Source: Gemmatales bacterium
GTDB taxonomy: Bacteria > Planctomycetota > Planctomycetia > Gemmatales > HRBIN36
Direction: 5' to 3'
NCBI GenBank assembly: GCA_035430005.1
Contig: DAOMFV010000009.1
Coordinates: 40-64,039, forward strand
Length of the DNA: 64,000 nt
Shown here: positions 38,297-49,134 of the stretch, one piece after another
How the letters are laid out: each line of letters opens with the position of its first letter
Position numbering within the stretch: the stretch's first letter is position 1
Program-made: the position numbers and the translations under genes
The notes under the pieces: model-generated
Told to the model about the DNA's origin: nothing
Seen by the model: only the letters and a program-made list of their open reading frames with translations
Databases searched by the model: none

Positions 38297-39751
38297 ATGA
38301 ACACCCTCGTCTGGTTCCGTCAGGATTTACGGCTCAGCGATCATCCTGCTCTGCATGGTGCTGTGCACAGCGGTGCAGCCATCCTACCCGTCTACATCTG
38401 GGAACCGGACCAGGAAAAGTCCTGGCAACCCGGAGGAGCCAGCCGCTGGTGGCTGCATCATGCACTGATTGATCTAGACCAGCAACTCAAACAGGCTGGT
38501 TCACATCTCATCATCCGCAGTGGTCCGGCACTACAAACAATACAGCAACTCATCCAGAAAGCCCATGTCTCACGAGTCGTCTGGACTCGCCGTTATGAGC
38601 CGCACATCATCAAGCGAGATGAGATAATCAAGAGGACGCTGAAAGAGCAGGGGATCGACGTCGAAAGTTACAACGGCTCACTGCTTCACGAACCGATGTC
38701 GATCAATAACAAGGAAGGCAAGCCATATCAGGTCTATACACCATTCTGGAAGTGCTACCAGTTGCTGAATCCTCCTCGAATTGCTTTGCCGGCGCCTAAG
38801 AAGATAACTGCGCCCGATAACTGGCCTGCATCGCTTGAAATCGAATCATTGAAGCTTTTACCCAACATCAAATGGGACGCCGGTCTCTACGAGACATGGG
38901 CTCCCAGCGAAGAAGGTGCCAGGCAATCCTTAAAGAGCTTCTGCCAGCTTACTATTGGTCGTTATTCCGATCAGCGTGATCTTCCGGGAACGACCGGCAC
39001 CAGTCAGTTGTCGCCCTATTTGCATTTCGGTCAGATCAGCCCCAATCAGGTCTGGCATGCTGTTCAATCGCTTCGATCTGGAACGGGAAAGCCTGACAAA
39101 GAGTTTCAGCGTCAGTCAGAAGTCTATCTCAAGGAACTCGTCTGGCGTGAGTTTGCCTATTATCTGCTCTATCACTTCCCGCAGACTCCCACGCAGCCAC
39201 TCAGGTCAGAGTTCGCCAGGTTCCCGTGGAAAGACAATGCAAAGCTGCTCCGTTCTTGGCAGAAAGGACAAACCGGTTATCCCATCGTTGATGCCGGCAT
39301 GCGGCAACTCTGGACGACAGGATGGATGCATAACCGTATTCGCATGGTGGTCGCTTCGTTCCTGGTCAAGCATCTACTCATTCCCTGGCAGCGCGGGGCC
39401 GAGTGGTTCTGGGACACTCTCGTGGATGCCGACTTGGCCAGCAATACTCTCGGCTGGCAATGGACCGCCGGTTGCGGTGCTGATGCTGCTCCGTACTTTC
39501 GCATCTTTAACCCTATGCAACAGGGCGAGCGGTTCGATGCAGATGGAACTTATGTTCGGCGATGGGTGCCGGAATTGGCAAAAATGCCTGCCAGATATAT
39601 TCATGCGCCGTGGACATCGCCGGCTGGGATACTCTACGATGCTGGATTAACGCTGGGAAAAACTTATCCACGCCCCATCGTTTTGCATGCTGAATCCCGA
39701 ACCAAAGCCCTGGCTGCTTATGATATGATGAGAGGACGTGGAAAAGATTGA
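38297..39751 (+). CDS. Deoxyribodipyrimidine photolyase / cryptochrome-family flavoprotein
   Basis: Carries LVWFRQDLRLSDHPAL, TSQLSPYLHFGQIS, TGYPIVDAGMRQLWTTGWMHNRIRMVVASFL and WQWTAGCGADAAPYFRIFNP. A GTG at 38294 is an alternative start. Confidence 0.9.
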   Translation: MNTLVWFRQDLRLSDHPALHGAVHSGAAILPVYIWEPDQEKSWQPGGASRWWLHHALIDLDQQLKQAGSHLIIRSGPALQTIQQLIQKAHVSRVVWTRRYEPHIIKRDEIIKRTLKEQGIDVESYNGSLLHEPMSINNKEGKPYQVYTPFWKCYQLLNPPRIALPAPKKITAPDNWPASLEIESLKLLPNIKWDAGLYETWAPSEEGARQSLKSFCQLTIGRYSDQRDLPGTTGTSQLSPYLHFGQISPNQVWHAVQSLRSGTGKPDKEFQRQSEVYLKELVWREFAYYLLYHFPQTPTQPLRSEFARFPWKDNAKLLRSWQKGQTGYPIVDAGMRQLWTTGWMHNRIRMVVASFLVKHLLIPWQRGAEWFWDTLVDADLASNTLGWQWTAGCGADAAPYFRIFNPMQQGERFDADGTYVRRWVPELAKMPARYIHAPWTSPAGILYDAGLTLGKTYPRPIVLHAESRTKALAAYDMMRGRGKD

Positions 39752-39758
39752 GTACTCG

Positions 39759-41648
39759 CTATTTGTTTCCTGTCTTGGAATAAGCTGCCAGCTTGGCGTC
39801 GGCCAACAATATCCATCGACGATATTCCGGACGGTCAACATCTTTTGATTTGTCTTCAAGCTCTTTGTGACCCTGCTGCTGAAGAGATTGCCATTTCGGA
39901 AGAGCCAGCTCCGGATGTCCCTGCAGTTCATCATTCAGAGCAACTACCGCCTGGTATTCATATTTGCTGGCGGTTCGCTTCCACTCGCTGTCGTTTAATA
40001 TGTTCTTCTTGAGCTTCGCCAGCGCGTCCTGATGTGCCAGGATACGGATCAGGATGTCATTGCCTTCAGCCGCCTGGGGCGATTCGGGATAGAACTGAAC
40101 CAGCATTCCCAGCTTCTTATTGGCCTCGATCCAACCCGCTTCATTATTCGGATCTGCCTTGCTCTTGCCTTCAGCCAGCAGATACGGGGCATGGTACTCC
40201 ATCATCTCTTTTCGTGCTTTATCAATGAAGGGTTTGGCTCCAGGCGTCTTTAGTTCATAAAGCCTCTCATAACCTCGTTTAAAGGCATCACCCCAATGGG
40301 AGGCTGGTTCGATCTCCATCTTTTCCTTGCCCATGCGGTAGTAGTGCGCGGCCTGTAGATAGTCTAATCGATCTCTGGCTTGCACAGCTTCCTTGCTGTC
40401 AGGATACTTGGCCGCCAACTTTTCCAACTCGCGATTGGCATCATCCCAATATTGATACACGTTGGTGTAATTGGGCTTGGGTTCGCTTAAAGCCGCATCA
40501 TGCTTGTCGATCAACTTCATTGCTGATGAAAGCATGTTCGCGGCTGAAGGTGGTTGTAACGCATAGAACAGTGCTATGATGACAGCAATCAACAAGAGAC
40601 TGATTCCTGCAGCAGAGAGCATCGTCTTGCGGAATTCTGTCCGAGCCTTCTCCTTCTTCTTTCTGATCTTCTTGCCGACGACAATGTCCTCGGCCAACTG
40701 CTTGTCCTTGCCCTCGCCTTTGCGGGCCACCTTGCCGGCCAGTTCCATCCCCAGGCTTTTATGCGATTCGACTCGCTGCTTGACTTCATCGAGAGCCTGA
40801 GAGACGGTGCGGGCATCAGCAGGGCGATGCTCCGGTTTTTTCTCCATGAGCTGGCAGACGAGAGTATCAAGCCACGGAGGAATATCCATAACAAGCCGGG
40901 CCGGACGTTCGAAAGTTCCCGAAACATGTTGAATGAACATGTCCATCGCATTCTCAGCACTGAATGGCTTGCGACCTGTCAACAGTTCATAGAACACGAT
41001 GCCCAGGGCATACAGATCAGACTTCGGCGTTAAATCTCGTTCGCCCCGGCATTGTTCGGGAGACATGTACGCGGCTGTGCCCACTGTCGAATTGGCCGAA
41101 GTCAGGCCCGACATGTCGCTGTCTTTGGCTATGCCGAAATCGGTGAGCTTAAGTACGCCGTTCTTATCGAGCATCAAATTAGAGGGTTTCAGGTCACGGT
41201 GAATAATTCCATGATCATGAGCATGCTGGAGCGAAGCACATATCTGCTTCCCCAGTTCGATCATTTTTTCCCAATGAACCCGGCCCTTAGTCGCCAGCTG
41301 ATGGTCAAGAGCGTAGCCTTCGATGAACTCCATCGCATAAAACGGTCGGCCCTGAATCTTTCCGGTAGCCAGCAGCCTGACAATATTGGGATGCTTGAGC
41401 TGTTTCAGGATCGCCGCTTCTCGTTCAAAACGTGCCTGAATGCGTTCATTATCCCCGAGGCCGGGAGCAATGACCTTGATGGCTACCCGTCGCATCTTTC
41501 CATCTTCTTTGGAAAATGTCGCACGATAGACCGTCCCCATAGCTCCGCTACCGAGCTCTTTCTCTACTTTAAACGGACCTATCTTAGTGCCAATCAACAT
41601 TCCCTGCCCACTCCTGTTCGCACTACACAATACAATTTCTCTGTTCAA
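39759..41648 (-). CDS. Ser/Thr protein kinase with transmembrane helix and C-terminal helical-repeat domain
   Basis: Kinase motifs present: GSGAMGTVYRA, VAIKVI, HRDLKPSN, DFG, SPE. One TM helix (LSAAGISLLLIAVIIALFYAL) is followed by a ~270-aa TPR-like region. Alternative start at 41600. Confidence 0.88.
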   Translation of the reverse strand: MNREIVLCSANRSGQGMLIGTKIGPFKVEKELGSGAMGTVYRATFSKEDGKMRRVAIKVIAPGLGDNERIQARFEREAAILKQLKHPNIVRLLATGKIQGRPFYAMEFIEGYALDHQLATKGRVHWEKMIELGKQICASLQHAHDHGIIHRDLKPSNLMLDKNGVLKLTDFGIAKDSDMSGLTSANSTVGTAAYMSPEQCRGERDLTPKSDLYALGIVFYELLTGRKPFSAENAMDMFIQHVSGTFERPARLVMDIPPWLDTLVCQLMEKKPEHRPADARTVSQALDEVKQRVESHKSLGMELAGKVARKGEGKDKQLAEDIVVGKKIRKKKEKARTEFRKTMLSAAGISLLLIAVIIALFYALQPPSAANMLSSAMKLIDKHDAALSEPKPNYTNVYQYWDDANRELEKLAAKYPDSKEAVQARDRLDYLQAAHYYRMGKEKMEIEPASHWGDAFKRGYERLYELKTPGAKPFIDKARKEMMEYHAPYLLAEGKSKADPNNEAGWIEANKKLGMLVQFYPESPQAAEGNDILIRILAHQDALAKLKKNILNDSEWKRTASKYEYQAVVALNDELQGHPELALPKWQSLQQQGHKELEDKSKDVDRPEYRRWILLADAKLAAYSKTGNK

Positions 41649-41746
41649 TACGCTAACCCTGTTCCACCATCATAACAAGATTATGTTAGTTTTGTAGCAG
41701 GTTCACCTGCCGATCTGGCACATCACCTCCATACAGGGTATGGCAT

Positions 41747-42568
41747 ATGATTCTTTTCCGCACCTCATGGTTGGTTGGTCTAATCACTCCCCTCTTCGCA
41801 CTCGTATTCAATACGGATTGCTTTGGGCATGATTTATGGCTCATCCCGCCTGAACTTGCTAAGGTCAATATCCCCTTTACTATTCGAGCACATTCCGGAA
41901 TGGAGTTCCCCATCAGTGTTCATGCCCCCAACCCAAACCAGTTTACGCGGCGGTTTGTGATCCTGCCTGACGGAAAAGAAACGGCTCTGGTAGCCAGGGG
42001 AAAGGAAGAGCTTTCGGGACTATTGGATTACACCCCCAACAGACCAGGCATCTATATTGCTGCGGTGACTACAGAACCCAAGCTCATCACGCTGAGTGCT
42101 GAGGAGTTCAATCACTATCACGTCGCTGATGGTCTCCCCCACATTTATCTGATGAGGCACAAGGAAAGCGCCTTGGGGCAACCTGGACGAGAACGCTATT
42201 CCAAATCTCCGAAGACACTATTGCAGGTTGGCGACGGCAAAGAGGGTAATCCGTGTCGAACAGTAGGACTGCCACTAGAGATTGTTCCGCTCCGCAATCC
42301 GTTCCAATTGAAAGTCTGCGAAACGTTGCCTGTTAAAGTCTTATTCGATCAGAGGCCTCTGGCCGATGCTCACCTCGGCTGGGATGTGCCCGGCGATGGC
42401 GAAGAACCAAGCGGCACTGTCAGGACGAATGCAAAAGGTGAAGCACTCATCCCCATCAGCCAGACCGGGCTGATGACCATTCGGCTGACTCACATGACCC
42501 GAGCAAAAGCAGCGGATTACGATTGGGAATCGTTCTGGACGACCCTGACATTTCGCATTCCGAAGTAG
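41747..42568 (+). CDS. Exported DUF4198-like protein (periplasmic metal-uptake-associated fold)
   Basis: A signal peptide is followed by GHDLWLIP, and the size is ~270 aa, as in DUF4198 proteins. The assignment rests on motif memory only. Confidence 0.5.
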   Translation: MILFRTSWLVGLITPLFALVFNTDCFGHDLWLIPPELAKVNIPFTIRAHSGMEFPISVHAPNPNQFTRRFVILPDGKETALVARGKEELSGLLDYTPNRPGIYIAAVTTEPKLITLSAEEFNHYHVADGLPHIYLMRHKESALGQPGRERYSKSPKTLLQVGDGKEGNPCRTVGLPLEIVPLRNPFQLKVCETLPVKVLFDQRPLADAHLGWDVPGDGEEPSGTVRTNAKGEALIPISQTGLMTIRLTHMTRAKAADYDWESFWTTLTFRIPK

Positions 42569-42608
42569 AAGACTACATTCTGATGCTGTAGAAATTAGGT
42601 GATGGGCC

Positions 42609-42645
42609 AGACATTCTTGTCTGGCCGGCACGGACAAGAATGTCT
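42609..42645. terminator. Perfect 13-bp stem hairpin between convergent genes (candidate bidirectional terminator)
   Basis: AGACATTCTTGTC (42609..42621) and GACAAGAATGTCT (42633..42645) are exact reverse complements with an 11-nt loop. The hairpin lies between the DUF4198 stop (42568) and the pyrG stop (42675). There is no U-tract on either side. Confidence 0.45.
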
Positions 42646-42674
42646 ATGTCGCCTAATGACTTTTGTTAGGTTAC

Positions 42675-44393
42675 TTAGCAAGAATAAGAAGCGCTGCGCT
42701 GTTCCACGACCGGTTTCGCCTCCTTGACTGACCCGTTGAGTGCAGCGCTTGTCGTCGTCGCTTCCGAGACTATTCCTGATTGTACCTTGCGGCGATCCCG
42801 TGCTGCCCGCACAAACTCCCGGAACAGTGGATGAGCTTGCGTTGGCTTGGATTTGAACTCCGGGTGATATTGCACAGCCACGAACCATGGATGATTCTTG
42901 AGTTCGATCACTTCCACGAGCTTGCCATCCGGGCTGAGGCCCGACAAGATGAAGCCCTTATCGGTGTATTCGGATCGAAATTGATTGTTGAACTCATATC
43001 GATGACGATGGCGCTCCACAATGGAGACCTTGCCGTAAGCTTCATAAGCCTTGCTGCCCAGGAGCAGTTCACAGGGATACTTGCCTAACCGCATCGTGCC
43101 ACCCAAATCGGTCACCTTTTCCTGCTCGCTCATCATGCAGATTACCGGTGATCGGGTATCATCGGTGAACTCGGTGCTGTTGGCATCCTTATGCCCCAGC
43201 ACATTTCTTGCAAACTCAATGGTGGCACACTGCATGCCCAGGCACACCCCGAAGAAAGGTATATTATTCTCACGTGCATACTTGACGGCGACAATCTTAC
43301 CTTCAATCCCACGGTCACCAAAACCGCCCGGCACAAGGATGCCATCCATTCCATTCAACTTGCTGTCTGCTCGTTGTTCGTCTTCTAAGTCTTCAGCATC
43401 GACTTTGGTGATGCGTACTCTTGTACTGTTGGCGATACCGGCATGCATCAAGGATTCATAGATCGACTTATAGGCATCATGTGTCTCCATGTACTTGCCG
43501 ACCACGGCAATGTTCGCTTCGTGGGTCGGGTTCTTGAGTTTTGAAAGCATCTTGAGCCAGTCATCCAGATTGGGAGGCTGAGTTGCCTGTGCCATTCCGA
43601 ACTTCTCGATGATCAGGTCGTCCAGCTTCTTTTCATGCAAACTGATGGGCACTTCATATACGCTGAAATCGCGATCCTTCTCGGCAATGACAGCGCGATT
43701 TTCAACATTACAGAACAAACCGATCTTCTTCAGCATGTCGTCCGACAGTTCGCGCTCCGTCCGACAGACCAGAATATCGGGCTGGATACCGATCTGCCGA
43801 AGCATACCAACCGAGTGCTGTGTGGGCTTGGTCTTAAGTTCCTGGGCTGCTTTCAGGTAAGGCACCAGTGTCAGGTGAATGTACATGCAGTTGTGCTTGC
43901 CTACATCCAGCGCGAACTGGCGAATGGCTTCGAGGAAAGGTAGCCCTTCGATGTCGCCAACTGTACCGCCGATTTCCGTGATGACGACATCTGTATCGGG
44001 CTTGGCCATCATGTGAATGCAGCGTTTGATCTCGTCGGTGACGTGGGGAATCACCTGAATCGTCTGCCCCAAGTAGTCGCCATGCCGCTCCTTGTTGATG
44101 ATCGTCTGATAGATGCGGCCAGAGGTATAATTACTATGGCGATCCAGTTCAGTATTGGTGAAACGTTCGTAATGGCCCAGATCAAGGTCGGTTTCAGTGC
44201 CATCATCAAGAACATATACCTCGCCATGCTGAGCGGGGTTCATTGTGCCTGGGTCAACATTCAGATAGGGATCAAACTTCTGTAGGCGCACCTTCACGCC
44301 ACGCCGTTCCAGAAGCATTCCCATTGAGGCGCAGGTGATGCCTTTGCCAAGAGAACTTACCACGCCGCCAGTCACGAATATGTGCTTCGCCAT
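42675..44393 (-). CDS. pyrG: CTP synthase
   Basis: N-terminus [18 protein letters not shown], with a GATase domain containing GVCLGMQ and [11 protein letters not shown] 44393 is preferred over 44408. Confidence 0.95.
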   Translation of the reverse strand: MAKHIFVTGGVVSSLGKGITCASMGMLLERRGVKVRLQKFDPYLNVDPGTMNPAQHGEVYVLDDGTETDLDLGHYERFTNTELDRHSNYTSGRIYQTIINKERHGDYLGQTIQVIPHVTDEIKRCIHMMAKPDTDVVITEIGGTVGDIEGLPFLEAIRQFALDVGKHNCMYIHLTLVPYLKAAQELKTKPTQHSVGMLRQIGIQPDILVCRTERELSDDMLKKIGLFCNVENRAVIAEKDRDFSVYEVPISLHEKKLDDLIIEKFGMAQATQPPNLDDWLKMLSKLKNPTHEANIAVVGKYMETHDAYKSIYESLMHAGIANSTRVRITKVDAEDLEDEQRADSKLNGMDGILVPGGFGDRGIEGKIVAVKYARENNIPFFGVCLGMQCATIEFARNVLGHKDANSTEFTDDTRSPVICMMSEQEKVTDLGGTMRLGKYPCELLLGSKAYEAYGKVSIVERHRHRYEFNNQFRSEYTDKGFILSGLSPDGKLVEVIELKNHPWFVAVQYHPEFKSKPTQAHPLFREFVRAARDRRKVQSGIVSEATTTSAALNGSVKEAKPVVEQRSASYSC

Positions 44394-44467
44394 GCCCGTT
44401 TCTCCCATCCTGGTTCAACGGGTATTGTAGCAGTGAAACAGGCGAGGTCGAGCGGAGTTCTCCTCAT

Positions 44468-47400
44468 TCATCCCGGAAGCAGGCCGGTCTCGCTATGCCC
44501 AACATCCCAATTGGTAAGTTGTGCCTCTAAATCAGCCTCGCTGACGGCATGAAAAGGCACTTCCAGGGCTTTTTCAAACGACTGCTGATCGAATACAAAA
44601 TCACCTTCCTGCTCCAGCTTGCGTATCCAGGCCGGCACATCCAGCCCTGATCCGCTTGTCGTCTTGGCTTGAATATCAATAGCAGCTAGTAGAGACTGCA
44701 AAGCACCGAACTTGACCTCAAGATCCCTGCCTGACTCGTTCTCCTTGTCCAATCGAGTTTCTTTCAGTTCATTGACTGCTGGAGCAACCAGTGCTGTCAG
44801 ACGATCCACATCGAGCGGTGCCACCAGCTTTTCCTCAACAAGGTCAGCGACGGTACGAAGTTGCATGCCATGCTCGGCCTGCAACTCACGCAGGTGTTCC
44901 ACATGCCGTCGGGCGATGTCCGCAGTCATGCGAACAATCGACTGCTTCCATAACAACGCTGCCGCATCATGCCCTTCACGAGCCAGCGAATCATGTATCC
45001 AGATCAACGGCTTGATGTTCCAGAGATGCCGTTCATAGGTGCTTTTGAGCCGCAGGAACGAGACTAGCCGAAAGAGGTTCTCACCATAGTCAGACTGAGT
45101 CGTAGTGGCGTTGTAGTCCTTGTACTCTTCATAGTTCTCAACGATAGCCTTCAGCACCAGTTCCAGGAGCCTGACTGCGGTATCTCGGGAAATACGATTT
45201 CGTTGCAGAGCATTGAGCAGCTTAGTGCCTGCGCTCGGATCATCATCATGAGTCAGCCCTGCCTCTTCCTTGAGATAGTCAAGGTAAGTATTAACGCCCC
45301 GGCTCAGGATAGCCCGCAGATTGGCGAGGGTCATGAACTTGGGGTGGAACAGGTCTGAACCGAACTTGCGGATGAACTCGCGCAGCTCGGTCCAATCTTC
45401 GTCGGCATGTACCGCTTCGAGGCTGGAGAGCCGCACCGAATGGCTGTGGTCAATCCACAGCACCAGGAACGGCTTGGCCAGTTGATCGAGCAACTGCACC
45501 AGCTTGCCCGGCGACGGCGTGGGGGACCAGTAGGTCGAAGAGCGGGCCACGCTGATGGTCAACCCGCTCATGGCAAACTCAAAGAGGCGATTGAACTCGG
45601 TGACAACCCTGCCCTGAACGGATTGAGATCGTTCCAGATCACGAACAACCATCAGTACTTTGTAGGTGTCCTGCACCAGCCCCAGTCGGGGCAGGGTGGT
45701 GACCAGGTCGCGCAAGATCGTCTGTGCGGAACGGGTCTTGTAGATATCCTCAAGCTGCCCACCGGCATCAAGCGGCCGGTAGAGCAGAGAGACGTGGCGG
45801 AGCGCTTTGAGGAACACCTCCAACCGGGGGCTGATCTTGTTGACCTTGCCGCGCCAGGTGAGGTTCTCCAGTTGCACCGCATGACGTTCCCAATCGTCAG
45901 CATCGGTGCTGGGCACATCAGCCTTCTGCATGGCATAACTGGCTGAGAGCAACGAGCGTTCCGCCATTGCCACATCCAGGGCTGCCGAGACGCCTGCTTC
46001 GAGTACCCGTTCCTTGAGATTTCGCTGCCGATCATATTCCATCATCGAAGCCTGGTTGCCCAGCGGTTCAGGCACGACACAGTTCTGAATCTGTTGAAGT
46101 AGGGGCATCAGTCGTTCGCGCTGCTGGACGGAAGTCTGCCACCAGCTCGTGAGCGATTCGTGCAGGTTCTTCTGCCCCTCGAACTGTTCCGCCTGTCGGG
46201 CGAGGAGCCGCCAGAGATGAGCCACATGGGCGAGGAAGCGGATGCGTTGCGTGATTGCCTCAGACTGAGATTCCAAAGGAAAATCGACGCCAAGCTGAGC
46301 GGTCGGTTCATCATCGGCCAGGCTGCCTTCGACACCATCATCGGTGCTGTCCCGATATTCCATGCCTTCATAGGCGGCTGCGTAAGGGTTGTCATCTTTG
46401 GAAGTCGGCGCATCTGTCTTCAGTTCGATGCTGCTCAAATCCCAATACTCTTCCGCGTTGGCTTCGAGCAGGTCAAGGAATCGCTTGAGCAGTTTCCAGC
46501 GCTCTGATGACTTGAGCTTGGGCGACTGCAATACCTCTAGGGTCCAGTGCAGCATGAGGTCGAAGTAGCTCTGTCGTCCGTCTTCCAACGGTACTTCGGA
46601 AGCATGACTGAGCCAATTGATGAGTAGCGCCATCACGGCGGCGTAGTCGCCCCGGTGAAGGAGCACATCGACTACGATCGAGAACGATGAAGCTGATTTG
46701 AACCGATGGAGATGCTGACGCCAGAACGCCAGGTCGCCCGTGGTTTCACCCTGTTGATGCCAGTGGGCCAGGGCTTCAGCGACCTCCAGCGTGGCATGGA
46801 TCGATTCTTCACCGGCTACCCGTGGCAGATCAGAGACTTCAAATGTGGCATACTGATCCCACCACAGGGCAAGTCGTTCCGCGCTTTTCCTGGCTTGCTT
46901 GGCGATCTCCTGCTGCCCCGCAGCCGCTGCCTCACAAATAACCCGACCGGCAAGACCGAACGACGATTCCATGATCTCGCATAACTCGATGAGGCGATGG
47001 TCGAGTATGGCGTCTTCCATCGACTGGAAGATGGGGAACTGTCCGTGGAACCCCAGTGCGTTCCACGGGTCAGCCAGAGCGCCGCACTCGATGCCTCGAT
47101 GTAGAATCTCATCTAAAGTGACAAGAAATTGCGCCGCCTTGGCCAGATCATTTGTTTCAATGGCAATATCAATCTCTGAAAGCAGCCCTGAAATGCCAAC
47201 CTGGAACTTATCTGAAATAGGCGTCGTGGAGGCAAGACGATCCAGAGCAGCATCTTGAGCGCTTAGCTCGGTTAGAAAATATGCGATGTGACGAGCCTGC
47301 AACTGGGCAGCACGATGTTTGGTGATCGCTTGATTGAGCCATTGCCGAGCGCCCCCGAAAGGCTGTCGCAGCCGTTCCGATTCTTCTTCGAGCCGCTTCT

Positions 47401-48424
47401 TGTGCGGGCCGGTCATCATGCCGAAACAATAGGTGTAATAGTTGTCGCGAAGCTTGGCAATGCGGGGTACCAAAGTCGAGAGCTTGACCGTTGAATCGTA
47501 GCTCCCCGGCCCCCGGCCACTCATGGCTGAGGCCATGAGTACCGTGCCCGCCAACACGATACCCGCTTCCTTGACATACTCCTGGCGGAGGCTGGCGTTA
47601 TCGGTTTCCAACCGTTGCAGCAGAATCTGAAGCGTGATTTCTCGTGATACATATCGACGATACTCGCCTGATAGATCGAGGTATTGAGGATCCCATTCTC
47701 CGAAGACATAATTGGGCCGGCGATTGGCGGGATGCGAATGATCATAGCAGCGAGGATCGTAGGCCCATTCTTCGAGCCTTGCCAGATCGAACGAGGCTTC
47801 GTCGAGTAGATCGGCCGGTATCGCTTGCAAAATACTGATCGCTTCTTGAATTAGCTTCTGGTGTCGTCCGTTACCTACCCCGGCATCACGTAGATAGACC
47901 GGAATCGGACGAAATCGCTCATGAGCATAAGGTTCGCCCAACCGCTTGTTTTCCAGCGTTGCTATCGGACGGTAGCCGAGGAAATCGTTGAGTTTATCGA
48001 TCACTGCGGGGATGATCTTGTCCCTTTGTTCCCAATTGCCACCGGAAGCCAACAGGCACTCGATCATACGAGCAACGAAGAATGGCTGCAGAAGCTCGGA
48101 ATCACTGAGATGGCCCAGAATATCTTTGTGAAAGGCTTTGTAGGCAGGTATGACATGGCCTGGCAGCAACGACAATACTGTTTTGGCCTGAGTTACATCT
48201 TGAAATGCGCTGCCGCCCTGCGTTGCAACGATGTCGCATTGTTCCAACAGCCATTGGCACAACGTCAACCATGGTTGAACAGGATCAATTCCGGCAACAA
48301 AGGCCTGAGCCTGGTTCCAGGCCTTCTGAAAACGAGCGTCGGGTTTGCCATTGGAGAAGTTCAAATAACCAATGACTTTCAGCAGATCGATTTGATCCCT
48401 CAGTGACGTCAGCCGTGAATCCAC
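44468..48424 (-). CDS. Large hypothetical protein (1318 aa), predicted soluble and helical
   Basis: Uninterrupted ORF starting at GTG 48424. No long hydrophobic segments and no catalytic or nucleotide-binding motif that I can recognise. It lies 29 nt downstream of the HEAT gene. Confidence 0.7.
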   Translation of the reverse strand: MDSRLTSLRDQIDLLKVIGYLNFSNGKPDARFQKAWNQAQAFVAGIDPVQPWLTLCQWLLEQCDIVATQGGSAFQDVTQAKTVLSLLPGHVIPAYKAFHKDILGHLSDSELLQPFFVARMIECLLASGGNWEQRDKIIPAVIDKLNDFLGYRPIATLENKRLGEPYAHERFRPIPVYLRDAGVGNGRHQKLIQEAISILQAIPADLLDEASFDLARLEEWAYDPRCYDHSHPANRRPNYVFGEWDPQYLDLSGEYRRYVSREITLQILLQRLETDNASLRQEYVKEAGIVLAGTVLMASAMSGRGPGSYDSTVKLSTLVPRIAKLRDNYYTYCFGMMTGPHKKRLEEESERLRQPFGGARQWLNQAITKHRAAQLQARHIAYFLTELSAQDAALDRLASTTPISDKFQVGISGLLSEIDIAIETNDLAKAAQFLVTLDEILHRGIECGALADPWNALGFHGQFPIFQSMEDAILDHRLIELCEIMESSFGLAGRVICEAAAAGQQEIAKQARKSAERLALWWDQYATFEVSDLPRVAGEESIHATLEVAEALAHWHQQGETTGDLAFWRQHLHRFKSASSFSIVVDVLLHRGDYAAVMALLINWLSHASEVPLEDGRQSYFDLMLHWTLEVLQSPKLKSSERWKLLKRFLDLLEANAEEYWDLSSIELKTDAPTSKDDNPYAAAYEGMEYRDSTDDGVEGSLADDEPTAQLGVDFPLESQSEAITQRIRFLAHVAHLWRLLARQAEQFEGQKNLHESLTSWWQTSVQQRERLMPLLQQIQNCVVPEPLGNQASMMEYDRQRNLKERVLEAGVSAALDVAMAERSLLSASYAMQKADVPSTDADDWERHAVQLENLTWRGKVNKISPRLEVFLKALRHVSLLYRPLDAGGQLEDIYKTRSAQTILRDLVTTLPRLGLVQDTYKVLMVVRDLERSQSVQGRVVTEFNRLFEFAMSGLTISVARSSTYWSPTPSPGKLVQLLDQLAKPFLVLWIDHSHSVRLSSLEAVHADEDWTELREFIRKFGSDLFHPKFMTLANLRAILSRGVNTYLDYLKEEAGLTHDDDPSAGTKLLNALQRNRISRDTAVRLLELVLKAIVENYEEYKDYNATTTQSDYGENLFRLVSFLRLKSTYERHLWNIKPLIWIHDSLAREGHDAAALLWKQSIVRMTADIARRHVEHLRELQAEHGMQLRTVADLVEEKLVAPLDVDRLTALVAPAVNELKETRLDKENESGRDLEVKFGALQSLLAAIDIQAKTTSGSGLDVPAWIRKLEQEGDFVFDQQSFEKALEVPFHAVSEADLEAQLTNWDVGHSETGLLPG

Positions 48425-48453
48425 GTTTCAACTTCTCCATAAGCACGATTCAA

Positions 48454-49134
48454 CTACTTCTTTATTTTACGCATGGCTTCTGTAATAACACGACGAAGTT
48501 CCCGATCTGGATTACGTTCGGCCAGGAACGCCTCGAAAATGGGGATGGCTTCCTTAGCATCAGGGCCAATCGCCCCCAGAGCTTCAACAAAGCTGGCTTT
48601 GACAGTGTTCGTGTTGCGTTTCATCTGCTTGCCCTCTGATTGGTAGGCTTTGAGCAGATCGGGTACAGCATCTTTGGCATCGGGGCCGATCTTAGCCAAA
48701 GCCTCGGCAGCATGACGGCGTACCTGGTTATCCTTATCAGCCAAGGCTTCCTGAAGAACAGGGACGGCTTGCTTCCCATACTTGCTGAGCGAGACGGAGG
48801 CGACAGTCATCACTTCCAGATCGCTATCGTTCATCGCCTTAGCTAAAGCGGCAATGGTCGGTTTCGCATCGCCTCCCACCACCCCCAGGGCCTCGGCGGC
48901 CCCACGGCGAACCAGTGCGTCACGATCTCGCTCAAGCAGATTAATCAAAGATGGTGCGGCTGCTTTGGCGGCCGACCCCATAATGGTGATCTGCTTGACC
49001 GCCTTACGTTTTTTGACCCCTTCATTGGTCTTCAGATCAATCAACAACTGTTTCAAGTCGGTGGAGTCGTCAGCACAAATGGGGAAAGGCACAATCAACA
49101 AAAGGGATGCGAGTAAGACAAGGCAGTTCCGCAT
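48454..49134 (-). CDS. Exported HEAT-repeat (PBS-lyase HEAT-like) protein
   Basis: Signal peptide MRNCLVLLASLLLIVPFPICA. Repeated units occur: VRRGAAEALGVVGGDAKPTI, VRRHAAEALAKIGPDAKDAV, FVEALGAIGPDAKEAI. AGGAGA lies 6 nt upstream of ATG 49134. Confidence 0.75.
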   Translation of the reverse strand: MRNCLVLLASLLLIVPFPICADDSTDLKQLLIDLKTNEGVKKRKAVKQITIMGSAAKAAAPSLINLLERDRDALVRRGAAEALGVVGGDAKPTIAALAKAMNDSDLEVMTVASVSLSKYGKQAVPVLQEALADKDNQVRRHAAEALAKIGPDAKDAVPDLLKAYQSEGKQMKRNTNTVKASFVEALGAIGPDAKEAIPIFEAFLAERNPDRELRRVITEAMRKIKK

